Notes: generated from the sequence alone by a model not told the origin. A stretch of 32,000 bases of DNA from Desulfotalea psychrophila LSv54 (GCF_000025945.1 NC_006138.1:60001-92000), one strand, 5' to 3'. Numbered from the stretch's first letter, positions 1 through 9,384 are shown. A program made the numbers and translations.

Positions 1-60
1 TTTAAGCAGTTAGCAGTTCACCAAAAAACCTCTGTGTTCTCTGTGGTGATGTAGTTGTCT

Positions 61-428
61 TTACAAAACAAGACGTCGAACGCCATCCACCAAGCGAAGC
101 ACATTAAAATTGATCAATAATCCAGTATGTACCCCAGCAAGCTTCATATAGGTCAACACCTGAGCAGTATGAAGTGGCAACAATGCTTCCACCACCTTCA
201 GTTCAATAATGAGCTCATCAACGACAAGAAGATCAATACGATATCCCGCATCAATCTCAATTCCCTTATAGCGAAGAGGTAACATAACCTGAGTACGCAC
301 AGCATGAGACCTTACAACTCATACAGCAAACAACGTTCATAGCTTGATTCAAGCAAACCAGGACCAAGCTCACGATCAACTTCTATAGCACAACCAATCA
401 CTACGCCTGTCAACTCTTTGGCATCCAT
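61..428 (-). pseudogene. GxxExxY family protein, frameshifted
   Basis: The minus-strand ORF 61..300 encodes the C-terminal part (RTQVMLPLRYKGIEIDAGYRIDLLVVDELIIELKVVEALLPLHTAQVLTYMKLAG..GLLINFNV). Another minus-strand frame upstream encodes MDAKELTGVVIGCAIEVDRELGPGLLESSYERCLLYEL followed by TAA near 310-320. Together they make one GxxExxY protein split by a frameshift. Confidence 0.75.
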
Positions 429-667
429 AGCATCCTCTGTGTTCTTGGTCTCAATAATTAAAAACAAAGATAAGAACAGAAAAAACTACAGTTAACCACA
501 GAGAAAAGGAGTTCACAGAGAAGAGCATTATAGATAAACTGCTTAAAGACAAAAAACAAAGATCAACTACTATAGTAGTTATCAATGTCCCCAAAAGAAC
601 TAGGTATTTAATCTTTATTTTTACTACTTTTAAATAATTTCCTCTGTGTCCTCTTCTTCCTCTGTGG

Positions 668-1636
668 TTAACCCTTTTTGCCCTTGCTTTTCTCTAATCC
701 AAGCTCGATGAGGGTATCAAGGAGGGAGGGGAAGTCCATGCCGGTGGCGGCGGCTTCCTGAGGGAGGATGCTGGTTTCGGTCATGCCGGGGATGGTGTTG
801 GTTTCGAGCAGGTAGAGCTTACCGTCTTCACCGTAGATGAAGTCTGTGCGAGAGTAGCCGCGCAGCCGCAGGGCTTGGTGGGCACGAATGGCATGATCCT
901 GCACCTGCTCACGAAGGGCATCGGCAATGAGGGCGGGACAGATCTCCTCGGAGGCACCGGGTTGGTATTTTGCCTCATAGTCAAAGAAGGCATATTTATC
1001 ACCGGGAACAATTTCCAGTACCGGTAGGGCCTGTAGATCGTCGTTACCGAGGACTGCACAGGTAAGCTCCCGGCCCTTGATAAATTGCTCCACCATGATG
1101 GCCCCGGCACTACAGTCTCGGGCATGGTTTATCCCGGCCAGCAACTCTTCTTCTGTATGGGCCAGAGAGATACCAATACTGGAACCTGCACAGGCAGGTT
1201 TGACCACCAAAGGCAGACCGAGATCCTCGATAAGTTCCTCTGAATAAAAGAAATCCCCTGCGGCAATGGTATGCCAATCAGCCACGGGAAGTTCAGCGTT
1301 ATAATAGAACTCCTTGGCCAGGTCCTTATCCATGGCCAGGGCACTGCCCAATACCCCGGAACCTTGGTAGGGAATGCCGAGCAGGTCGAGAAAGCCCTGG
1401 ATTGTACCGTCTTCACCATGCAGACCATGGAGGAGAATAAAGGCAAAGTCGATGGAGGCGGCATCGGCGGCAAGTCGGGGCAGATCGGTGGCCGAATCAT
1501 AGCGCGAGACCAGATACTTCTCTTTATCGAGGATCCTCTCGACACCGTCGGCCCCGGTCAAAGAGACCTCTCTCTCACCGGAGGTTCCACCAGCTATCAG
1601 GGCTATACGTAATCTTTCTGCTCTTTGTTCTTGCAT
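668..1636 (-). CDS. ddl: D-alanine--D-alanine ligase
   Basis: 322 aa ORF with ATP-grasp Ddl motifs: AGGTSGEREVSLTG, LHGLHGEDGTIQG, VVKPACAGSSIGIS, LLETNTIPGMTETSILPQ. Confidence 0.95.
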   Translation of the reverse strand: MQEQRAERLRIALIAGGTSGEREVSLTGADGVERILDKEKYLVSRYDSATDLPRLAADAASIDFAFILLHGLHGEDGTIQGFLDLLGIPYQGSGVLGSALAMDKDLAKEFYYNAELPVADWHTIAAGDFFYSEELIEDLGLPLVVKPACAGSSIGISLAHTEEELLAGINHARDCSAGAIMVEQFIKGRELTCAVLGNDDLQALPVLEIVPGDKYAFFDYEAKYQPGASEEICPALIADALREQVQDHAIRAHQALRLRGYSRTDFIYGEDGKLYLLETNTIPGMTETSILPQEAAATGMDFPSLLDTLIELGLEKSKGKKG

Positions 1637-1758
1637 TTATTTCTTTCTCCGTGGTATTCGATCTCTATATTTATGCATCCTCACTCCTTTTAAAATTTCC
1701 CGGGAAGGATGTTCATTTGCCTCAAACCTTTAAAAATATTTCTTCCAGCCACTCTATT

Positions 1759-3165
1759 ATGACTTCATTGAATTCGAATATCATTAAAAAAATATCTGCC
1801 ATTGTAGGAAAGGAGTACTGCACCACCCGCATGGCCGACCTCCACTGTTACTCCTATGACGGCAAGGGCATTATCTATCTCCCTGAAGCCGTTGCCTTTC
1901 CTCGCACCACAGAGGAGGTCAGCGAGATCATGAAGCTGGCCAGCCTACACCGCTTTGCCGTGGTTCCGCGGGGTGCTGGCACGGGGATGACCGGCGGCAG
2001 CCTGCCCATCGCCGGAGGCCTTGTTATGGCCATGACCCGGATGAACAGTATTGTGGAGATTGACCACCGCAATCAGGTAGCCGTGGTGGAACCGGGGGTG
2101 ATCACCATTGATCTGCAGAAGGCAGTGCAGGCGGTGGGCCTCTTCTATCCTCCTGACCCGGCAAGTCTTAAATTTTGCACGGTGGGCGGCAATGCGGCTG
2201 AGTGCGCAGGCGGGCCATCGGCGGTGAAATACGGGGTGACCAAGGATTATATCATGGGTCTTGAGGCAGTACTGCCCTCGGGAGAGATTGTCACTGCCGG
2301 CACCAGGACAGAGAAAGGGGTAACTGGCTACGACCTCACCCGTCTCTTTGTCGGCTCCGAGGGAACCCTAGGCATTATCACCAAACTTTACTGTCGACTT
2401 CTGCCCCTGCCCGAGAGCAAGGCCACCTTTCTGGTTCTGTCAAAGAGCCTGGACAAGGCAACGGAGCTGGTCAGTACCATCCTCAACCGGGGCATTGTCC
2501 CCTCCACTCTGGAGTATATGGACAGGACGGCCATTCGTATTGTCTCAGATCTACTCAGCGAGCCACCGGCTAAAGGCACCGAGGCCCTCCTCCTTCTTGA
2601 ACTTGATGGTACACAGAAGAGTATTGACGAACAAACAGTACGACTCAGGCAACTGCTGGCGGACGACGATGACATCAGCTTTCGTCAGGCAAAAAACGAG
2701 GCTGAGGTCAAGGAACTCTGGCTAGCCCGCCGATCCATCTCGCCTGCAGCCTTCAAACTCAAACCGCATAAGATCAGCGAAGATGTGGCGGTACCGCGCA
2801 GTCGTATCCCCGAGCTTGTCCGTTTTACCGAAAAGCTTTCGCAGGAACTTGATATCACCATCCTCACCTTCGGTCACGCTGGCGACGGTAATATCCATGT
2901 CAATATCATGATTGATAAGGCAAATGCCAATGAACTGGAGCGGGGCGAAAAGGCCAAGGAACTGCTCTTTGTCCATACCATCAGCCTTGAGGGAACACTT
3001 TCAGGGGAGCATGGTATCGGCATAACCAAGTCTGCCTACCTGGGCCTGGAGTTAAACGAGGCTACTATCAAACTGATGAAGAGCATTAAATCGGTGATGG
3101 ATCCGCATAATATACTCAATCCCGGAAAAATATTTCCAGAAACGATAGAATCAGGGGATAAGTAA
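1759..3165 (+). CDS. FAD-binding oxidase, GlcD/D-lactate dehydrogenase-like (likely start 1759; ORF open from 1651)
   Basis: FAD_binding_4 and FAD-oxidase C motifs: VVPRGAGTGMTGGSLP, NAAECAGGPSAVKYGVTKDYIMGLE, TFGHAGDGNIHVNI, GEHGIGITKSAYL. Confidence 0.9.
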   Translation: MTSLNSNIIKKISAIVGKEYCTTRMADLHCYSYDGKGIIYLPEAVAFPRTTEEVSEIMKLASLHRFAVVPRGAGTGMTGGSLPIAGGLVMAMTRMNSIVEIDHRNQVAVVEPGVITIDLQKAVQAVGLFYPPDPASLKFCTVGGNAAECAGGPSAVKYGVTKDYIMGLEAVLPSGEIVTAGTRTEKGVTGYDLTRLFVGSEGTLGIITKLYCRLLPLPESKATFLVLSKSLDKATELVSTILNRGIVPSTLEYMDRTAIRIVSDLLSEPPAKGTEALLLLELDGTQKSIDEQTVRLRQLLADDDDISFRQAKNEAEVKELWLARRSISPAAFKLKPHKISEDVAVPRSRIPELVRFTEKLSQELDITILTFGHAGDGNIHVNIMIDKANANELERGEKAKELLFVHTISLEGTLSGEHGIGITKSAYLGLELNEATIKLMKSIKSVMDPHNILNPGKIFPETIESGDK

Positions 3166-3173
3166 AAAACCCG

Positions 3174-3203
3174 TTGACAATGGCCAATCCCATTTAGTAT
3201 ATA
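3174..3203 (+). promoter_or_regulatory. Putative sigma-70 promoter upstream of rpsU
   Basis: TTGACA at 3174-3179, about 18 nt spacer, TATATA-like -10 near 3198. Confidence 0.45.
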
Positions 3204-3370
3204 TGGGAGATTATCCTTTTAAAAAAGACCTTAAATTTTCATTTTTCAATGCCTCCGGGGGTGATAGAAGCTCTTTAGCTTTGATTTATTAGATATATAT
3301 AGACCATTGTATAAACACCGATCCCGTTGGGGATCTACAGATAATTGAATATTCGTAAAACGGAGCAGTC

Positions 3371-3565
3371 ATGATTGAAGTAGAAGTTAGAGGAGATCTC
3401 GAGTACGCGATCCGCCAATTGAAGAAAAAGTTGCAAATCGATGGTATCAAAAGAGAGCTCAAGCGTCGTGAGTACTACGAAAAACCAAGTGTTAAGAAGC
3501 GTCGCAAGCAGGCTGAGGCTCGCCGCAAGTTGCGCAAGTTCAACCGCATGAAGAAGTCTTACTAA
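3371..3565 (+). CDS. rpsU: 30S ribosomal protein S21
   Basis: 64 aa basic protein: MIEVEVRGDLEYAIRQLKKKLQIDGIKRELKRREYYEKPSVKKRRKQAEARRKLRK. Confidence 0.95.
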   Translation: MIEVEVRGDLEYAIRQLKKKLQIDGIKRELKRREYYEKPSVKKRRKQAEARRKLRKFNRMKKSY

Positions 3566-3573
3566 GTGTGGTG

Positions 3574-3605
3574 TTTCCAGTCCTATCTTTCGATAGGGCT
3601 GGAAA
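3574..3605 (+). terminator. Strong hairpin downstream of rpsU (terminator-like, no T-tract)
   Basis: TTTCCAGTCCTATC-tttc-GATAGGGCTGGAAA, a 14 bp stem with one G-U pair. The expected poly-T is absent and island sequence begins instead. Confidence 0.5.
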
Positions 3606-3615
3606 CTACAGATGT

Positions 3616-4160
3616 CAGAAAGAACTTAAAAGCAACAACAAGAAAAAAAGTTAACCACAGAGGAAAATGAGGACACAGAGAGATTTTTTTGTGAACGGCA
3701 AACAAGCTCCCCCCTCTCTCTCATCGTACCCACCTCCTAGCATAATCAGCAAACGGGCCACCCACTCCCCACCCCAAAAAAGCTCTATCGGAATGGCGAG
3801 CTGTCAGTTAAGAGCAAAAAACGCTTTAAAGTTACATGTTAGTAAGAATTTATTTCACCATTGCATTACCCCTCCAGACAGATCCTTCTCACAGCACAAA
3901 TCTTTTTAAAACAAATAAATATTCACCATCTCTATCCCCATTTTTTAAAATTCAGCTCCTTGCTCTAACCCCAGCATCTTTTTCTTGTTTCTCCGCCACT
4001 CCGCTGCGCTTTGCTGCTGCTTTTTAATTAGTTTCCTCTGCGGTTAACTTTTTTCTTCTCCTGTTTTTCTCGCTGTTTCTCTCGTTGTTGCTTTTCGTCG
4101 TTCGCTTTTTATCAAAAAACCTCTGTGCTCTCTGTGATCTCTGTGGTTAGCTGTCTTCGC
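3616..4160. repeat. Mosaic repeat island 2
   Basis: Forward TTAACCACAGAGG...GGACACAGAGAGATTTTTTTG module at 3650-3690; GGAATGGCGAGCTGTCAG near 3788-3805; reverse-oriented modules at 4032-4048 and 4113-4149. Confidence 0.8.
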
Positions 4161-4309
4161 CACTCCGCCCTGCTTCACTGCTGTCCTGTTTTTCTTTTCT
4201 TTTTTATTGGTCGATTGAAAGCCTGTGAAGCTTTAGCCTCAACATGTTACACTTGCGAAAAATATCTCGTTTACTATCAAAGTGATCTTGAAAAAATATA
4301 AGGACAAAC

Positions 4310-6958
4310 ATGCACATCATCACCACCCACCAGAATGCTGATTTTGACGGGCTTGCCTCCATGATTGCCGCCCAAAAACTCTACCCTTCGGCCATTCTTG
4401 TTTTCCCTGGATCAAGAGAGGAATCCCTGCATGAGTTTATTGCTCAGAATATCTCCTGCAACTACGACTTCCAAACAGCCGACAGCATCGAGTTAGCAGA
4501 TGTGCGCCGCCTAACCATCGTCGACTGCCAGTCCAGTGACAAGATTGGCCGCATCGCAGAATGTCTGCAAAACCAAGATCTCCGACTTGATATCTACGAC
4601 CATCACAGCCAGGGAAGGGGCGACCTCAGAGGTGATTCTGACCACAACAGAATCTACGGGGCCTGTACCACCGTCTTCACCCGCCTCTTTCAAGAACAGA
4701 AGACAAGCATCAGCCCGGAAGAGGCCACCATATTTGCCCTCGGTATCTACGGCAACACCCAGTCAATGACCCGCTCCCAGACCAGGGCGGAAGATCTCTA
4801 TGCAGCTGGCTGGTTAGTCGCCCAAGGGGCCAAGCTCCATGTGATTTCCCATTTTCTGGGAGGCGCCCTCGGAATTGCCCAAGACGAGATCCTGCATGAG
4901 CTCAAACAGGAAGCCGATCTCTTCACCATAAAAAAATTCCCCGTCACCATTGCCAGCCTCTCCCGTCCCCAATATATCAACGATTTTGGCCTGATCGTTA
5001 AGAGATTTTATGAGATGGAAAACCTCGACGCCATCTTTGTTCTCCTGGCTACAGAGAACCGCATCCACCTAACCGCAATAAGTCGCATTACCGATATTGA
5101 TGTAGGACTTATTGCCCGAGAAATGGGGGGGGGCGGCTACGCCAGCACTGCCTCGGCAACCCTGATAGGGCTCTCCATGAACGAAGTCGAAGAGAAGCTC
5201 ATCGCCCTCCTTCATCGCCATATCCAGCCACAACCACTGGCCTTGGAGATGATGACAAGACCCGTGATCACTATCTCTCCGGAGATATCCATAGCCGAGG
5301 CCAACACCACCCTCACCCGCTATAATATTACCGCCGTCCCCGCCATCAGGGACGGCAAGGTGGCAGGAATTATCTCGCGTCAGGTAGTGGAAAAGGCCCT
5401 TTACCACGATCTCGGCCATCTGCCCGTCAAATCATATATGAGTACCGAGGTACAGAGCCTGGGACCAGATGCTGAATTAGCCGAGGTACAGGAGTTAATT
5501 GTAGAACAGCGACAACGTCTGGTTCCCATTCTGGAACAGGGAGAGCTCATTGGCGTTGTCACCCGCACAGACCTGCTCAGAAAACTTGTCACCAGCCCGG
5601 AAAATTTACCCAACGATAGACAGAGTGGTAGCAAAATGCCTCTTCCCACCAAAAGAAAAAATCTCAACAACCTCATCCACGAGACCCTCAGCCCGGAAAT
5701 AATCACCCTCCTACAGGAGGTAGGAGAACTGGCCGACGAAATTGGCTTCAAGGCCTTTGCCGTTGGCGGTTTTGTCCGGGATCTCTTACTCAAAACAGCA
5801 AACCTGGACCTTGATATTGTGGTAGAGGGCAACGGTATTGCCTTTGCCAAAAAGGTTGCCGAACATTTTAAGGGTAAATTTTTCCCCCACGAAAAGTTCC
5901 TTACCGCAACCGTCACCCTGCCCAATGATTTCAAGATTGATATAGCCACGGCACGCCTGGAGTACTATGAATCACCGGCTGCCATGCCCATGATCCAACT
6001 CTCCTCCATCAAGCTTGACCTCTCCCGTCGTGATTTCAGCATCAATGCCATGGCCCTGCAGATCAACCGGGAACAGTTTGGTACCCTGATTGACTACTTC
6101 AACTCCCAAAGCGACCTGCGTAATCAGGTCATACGGGTACTGCACAATCTCAGCTTCGTTGAAGATCCGAGCAGGATATTCCGGGCCATCCGCTTTGAAA
6201 AGAGGATGAATTTCCATATAGGGCCGCATACAAAAGGCTTAATAGGAAATGCAGTGGCCATGAACCTCTTTGGCAAGTCCCGAGATAGCCGCTTTCTCTC
6301 TGAACTCAAGATCATCTTCAAGGAAAAAGATCCACTTGGCCCTCTGGTACGCCTTGCCGAATTTGGTCTTTTCCAATATCTCTGGCCAGATTTGCGACCT
6401 AATTATCGCACCGACAGACGATTTTGCCACGGCATCAGACAGACAAAGGCCGCCATCAAAAAACTCTACGAAATAGAGCCAAAGGCCAAGATCGATAAAT
6501 CTGTAGCCTTCCTCCTCACCATCTTCCACCGCTCGGGACCTGAAGAGATACAGGCCTTTTGCAACCGCTTTAATGAAGAGGAGAAAATCTGCAAGAAACT
6601 GCTGCAGACCAAACAAAGATGCGATGCCCTCCTCCCCATACTCTACACGCCCATGGCCAAGAGCGAGCTCCATCAGCATCTGCAGGATCTGAACTACGAA
6701 GACCTTCTCTATATCTGCTCTGTGGCCAAGAAGAGCCATATCCACAAATCCGTCCTCGACTATCTCTGCCAACTGCGACATATAAAACCGCTTCTGAAGG
6801 GCAAGGATCTGATGGAAATGGGTTATCCACGAGGACCAAAGTTCAGCGAGATCCTTAATTCGCTTAAGAGGGCGAAGATGGACGGTTTAGTCTCAAGCAG
6901 GGCCGACGAAGAGGAGCTTCTGCAAAAAAACTTTCCCCTTAGCAACTTGCACTGCTGA
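4310..6958 (+). CDS. DHH phosphoesterase domain + two CBS domains + poly(A) polymerase/tRNA nucleotidyltransferase
   Basis: 882 aa: N-terminal MHIITTHQNADFDGLASMIAA and IYDHHSQGRGD (DHH/DHHA1), tandem CBS repeats, then FAVGGFVRDLLLKTANLDLDIVVEGNGIAFA and RRDFSINAMALQI...RAIRFEKRM (class II nucleotidyltransferase). Confidence 0.9.
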   Translation: MHIITTHQNADFDGLASMIAAQKLYPSAILVFPGSREESLHEFIAQNISCNYDFQTADSIELADVRRLTIVDCQSSDKIGRIAECLQNQDLRLDIYDHHSQGRGDLRGDSDHNRIYGACTTVFTRLFQEQKTSISPEEATIFALGIYGNTQSMTRSQTRAEDLYAAGWLVAQGAKLHVISHFLGGALGIAQDEILHELKQEADLFTIKKFPVTIASLSRPQYINDFGLIVKRFYEMENLDAIFVLLATENRIHLTAISRITDIDVGLIAREMGGGGYASTASATLIGLSMNEVEEKLIALLHRHIQPQPLALEMMTRPVITISPEISIAEANTTLTRYNITAVPAIRDGKVAGIISRQVVEKALYHDLGHLPVKSYMSTEVQSLGPDAELAEVQELIVEQRQRLVPILEQGELIGVVTRTDLLRKLVTSPENLPNDRQSGSKMPLPTKRKNLNNLIHETLSPEIITLLQEVGELADEIGFKAFAVGGFVRDLLLKTANLDLDIVVEGNGIAFAKKVAEHFKGKFFPHEKFLTATVTLPNDFKIDIATARLEYYESPAAMPMIQLSSIKLDLSRRDFSINAMALQINREQFGTLIDYFNSQSDLRNQVIRVLHNLSFVEDPSRIFRAIRFEKRMNFHIGPHTKGLIGNAVAMNLFGKSRDSRFLSELKIIFKEKDPLGPLVRLAEFGLFQYLWPDLRPNYRTDRRFCHGIRQTKAAIKKLYEIEPKAKIDKSVAFLLTIFHRSGPEEIQAFCNRFNEEEKICKKLLQTKQRCDALLPILYTPMAKSELHQHLQDLNYEDLLYICSVAKKSHIHKSVLDYLCQLRHIKPLLKGKDLMEMGYPRGPKFSEILNSLKRAKMDGLVSSRADEEELLQKNFPLSNLHC

Positions 6959-7018
6959 AAAAGAGATCTATCTTTTCTGCCGAAACCAGACGCTCTGAAG
7001 ATAAACACTAGAGGAAAT

Positions 7019-7654
7019 TTGATGACTGAAACTATTAACCAAATAATTCTGCTTGCCCCTCCCCTCCTGTTGGCCCTGACTATCCATGAATTTTGCCATG
7101 GCTATGTGGCCTATAAACTTGGTGATCCGACGGCAAAGCTTGCGGGCAGACTGACCCTCAACCCCCTCTCCCACCTTGACCCCATTGGCACCATTGCCTT
7201 TTTCTTTATCAAGATTGGCTGGGCTAAACCCGTTCCCGTTAACCCCAATTATTTCAAAAATCCGAGAAGAGACATGCTCTGGGTGGCACTTGCCGGCCCG
7301 ATCAGCAATCTTCTTTTGGCAATCATCAGTGCCATTGCCGCCAAGACCCTATGGGCCATTGCCCCCAGCCTACCGGCCACGGCCCTGATTAAGGCCATCG
7401 TCATCCCACTGAATGGCATGCTGGTGGCCTCCGTCTGGATCAACCTTGTCCTCTGTATCTTTAACTTCATCCCCATTCCTCCTCTCGATGGCAGTAAAAT
7501 CGTGGCAGGCCTTCTTCCCCGGGACCTGGCCATTGCCTATGAAAAGGTGGAAAAATATGGCTTTGTTATTCTGATACTTTTGGCCTTTAGCGGTTTGCTG
7601 TCAAAGGCTATTGTGCCTATTATTCGCTTTGCTAATGGGCTCTTACTATCATAA
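7019..7654 (+). CDS. Site-2 protease family (M50) membrane metalloprotease
   Basis: HEFCHGYVAYKLGD zinc motif and NFIPIPPLDGSKI; hydrophobic. Confidence 0.9.
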   Translation: MMTETINQIILLAPPLLLALTIHEFCHGYVAYKLGDPTAKLAGRLTLNPLSHLDPIGTIAFFFIKIGWAKPVPVNPNYFKNPRRDMLWVALAGPISNLLLAIISAIAAKTLWAIAPSLPATALIKAIVIPLNGMLVASVWINLVLCIFNFIPIPPLDGSKIVAGLLPRDLAIAYEKVEKYGFVILILLAFSGLLSKAIVPIIRFANGLLLS

Positions 7655-7659
7655 AAGCA

Positions 7660-7702
7660 GATGCTAGATGCTAGATGCTAGATGCTAGATGCTAGATGCT
7701 AG
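7660..7702. repeat. (GATGCTA)n 7-bp tandem array, about 6 copies
   Basis: Direct read; begins 5 nt after the stop codon of the M50 protease gene. Confidence 0.97.
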
Positions 7703-7818
7703 AAAAAAATTAACAGCAGCAGCGAAGCGGAATGGCGAGTGCTAACGGCAAAAACTAAAAGAAAAAAGCAGAAACTGCGAACAGCAACAGCAAGGGAATT
7801 TACAGCCTGGAGGAAGAG

Positions 7819-8178
7819 ATGCTTTATGAGAATCTTGATGTCTGGAAGCGCAGTAGAGTGTTGGCTATCGAAACGTATACTGTTTTTAAAAATTGCAGAG
7901 ATTTTGGTTTTAAAGATCAAATTACTCGCTCATCTCTATCTGTTCCCAGTAATCTTGCAGAAGGTTGCGAAAGAACATCGATTCTCGAACGTATTCGCTT
8001 TTTTGATATTGCTAAAGGTTCTTTGGGCGAATTCAAGACGCAGGTCGACATTGGTATTGCGATTGACTATATAGAGTCCCGGCAAGGATCTCTTTGGTTG
8101 CGAGAGTCTGATGAAATTTCGCGGATGATTGCTGCAATGATGATAAAAATGAGACAGCAAAAAGAAAGCAAGAGCTGA
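7819..8178 (+). CDS. Four-helix-bundle protein, S23/23S rRNA intervening-sequence protein family (Avd-related fold)
   Basis: 119 aa: YENLDVWKRSRVLAIETYTV...FGFKDQITRSSLSVPSNLAEGCER...FFDIAKGSLGEFKTQVDI; the SVPSNLAEG and KGSLxE signatures are typical. Confidence 0.9.
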   Translation: MLYENLDVWKRSRVLAIETYTVFKNCRDFGFKDQITRSSLSVPSNLAEGCERTSILERIRFFDIAKGSLGEFKTQVDIGIAIDYIESRQGSLWLRESDEISRMIAAMMIKMRQQKESKS

Positions 8179-8187
8179 CACTAGGTA

Positions 8188-8257
8188 TTAGAAGCTACAG
8201 ATGCTAGAAGCTACAGATACGAGATACTAGATACTAAAAAGCGCAACTGCAAGAAAA
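8188..8257. repeat. Degenerate GATGCTAG/ACAGATACGAG repeats downstream of the four-helix-bundle gene
   Basis: gaagctacagatgctagaagctacagatacgagatactagatac. Confidence 0.75.
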
Positions 8258-8379
8258 GCCTAAAAGCAGCAGAGAGTCGGAGCGGATCGTCTCACATTAA
8301 AGCACTATTTTTTATATATTTTTTGTGTTTGTTCTTCTTTTGTCTTTCTGCCCTTGCGCTGGCTTTTTTCTGATAGCTT

Positions 8380-8460
8380 CAAGCTTATAGCTTTACCGCT
8401 TTTTCTAGCATCTCGAATCTAGCATCTAATATCTGTCTTTCTGCTCTTTCTAGCATCTCT
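8380..8460. repeat. Reverse-oriented GATGCTAG-type repeats
   Basis: gatagcttcaagcttatagc...tctagcatctcgaatctagcatctaatatctg...tctagcatctc, the reverse complement of the forward vocabulary. Confidence 0.8.
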
Positions 8461-8476
8461 AAAGGATTTTTCACAA

Positions 8477-9352
8477 ATGCTTCCACAATCGAATCAGTCC
8501 AAGGGCCTTCTCATCGCCGCCCTTGGTGTCCTGGCCCTGACACCCGACACCCTGCTCGTTCGTCTAGCCCATCTTGACAGTACCACCCTGCTCTTTTGGC
8601 GAGGACTTGCCACCCTCATTGGTATGAGCGCAGTCACCCTCCTCCAGCATGGCAGGGACACGGCCCATCAGTTTCGCCAAATCGGCAAGACCGGTATCGG
8701 GGTGGGACTGTTGATGGGTTGCAGTAGCTGCTGTTTTGTCATGGCCCTCTACTATACCAGTGTTGCCAATACCCTGGTCATCCTCTCCTCCTCGCCGATA
8801 TTTGCCGCCCTGTACAGTCGAGTCTTCCTGAAGGAAAGGGTGGCCGGCAGAACCATTATCAGCATAATAGTGGTAATCACCGCCATCTCCTTCATTGTCG
8901 GCGACAGCGAGGGTAGCACCAGTCTCCTGGGCAACTGCATCGCCCTCTGTGCAGCAATGTGCATGTCAGCCGGTTTCACCATGATGCGCAGTGGGAAAAA
9001 ACGCAATATGATACCTGCCACTGCCCTGGGAGGAATCATCCTCATCTGCGTCGGAGCAAGTCTGGCTCCATCCCTGGCACTCTCCTGGCAACAGGCGGCC
9101 CTTATTGTCTGCATGGGCGTCTCCTCTGCGGCGGGATTTATCATGATCACCATGGCCACCCGTTATATCAGTTCACCCGAGGTCAGCCTTCTGATGCCCA
9201 TCGAAACGGTGCTGGCCAGTTATATCGTTTGGCTCGTTCTGGGAGAGGCCCCCGCGACCATAACCATCATCGGTGGCATAGTCATTATTAGCACCCTCAG
9301 CCTCCACTCCTTGCTGTCACTACGTTCCATCCCAGCCCGGCCCCTCGATTGA
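8477..9352 (+). CDS. EamA/DMT-family transporter
   Basis: 291 aa, about 10 hydrophobic segments, internal duplication, LLVRLAHLDSTTLLFWRG...ALYYTSVANTLVILSSSPIFAALYSRVFLKERV. Confidence 0.85.
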   Translation: MLPQSNQSKGLLIAALGVLALTPDTLLVRLAHLDSTTLLFWRGLATLIGMSAVTLLQHGRDTAHQFRQIGKTGIGVGLLMGCSSCCFVMALYYTSVANTLVILSSSPIFAALYSRVFLKERVAGRTIISIIVVITAISFIVGDSEGSTSLLGNCIALCAAMCMSAGFTMMRSGKKRNMIPATALGGIILICVGASLAPSLALSWQQAALIVCMGVSSAAGFIMITMATRYISSPEVSLLMPIETVLASYIVWLVLGEAPATITIIGGIVIISTLSLHSLLSLRSIPARPLD

Positions 9353-9384
9353 TTTCCAAAGCGGGCAGACACAACACTTAGTAG

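Noticed and set aside
3667-4027. Short ORFs 3667..3909 and 3836..4027
   Set aside because: They overlap each other and repeat-island modules, with low-complexity translations and no protein-like signature.
7819-8178. Diversity-generating retroelement, suggested by the Avd-like fold
   Set aside because: No reverse transcriptase and no recognised TR/VR pair in the window; the sequence fits the orphan S23-type family.
7819-8178. 23S rRNA intervening sequence context
   Set aside because: No 23S rRNA sequence on either side; the neighbours are a site-2 protease gene and an EamA transporter gene.
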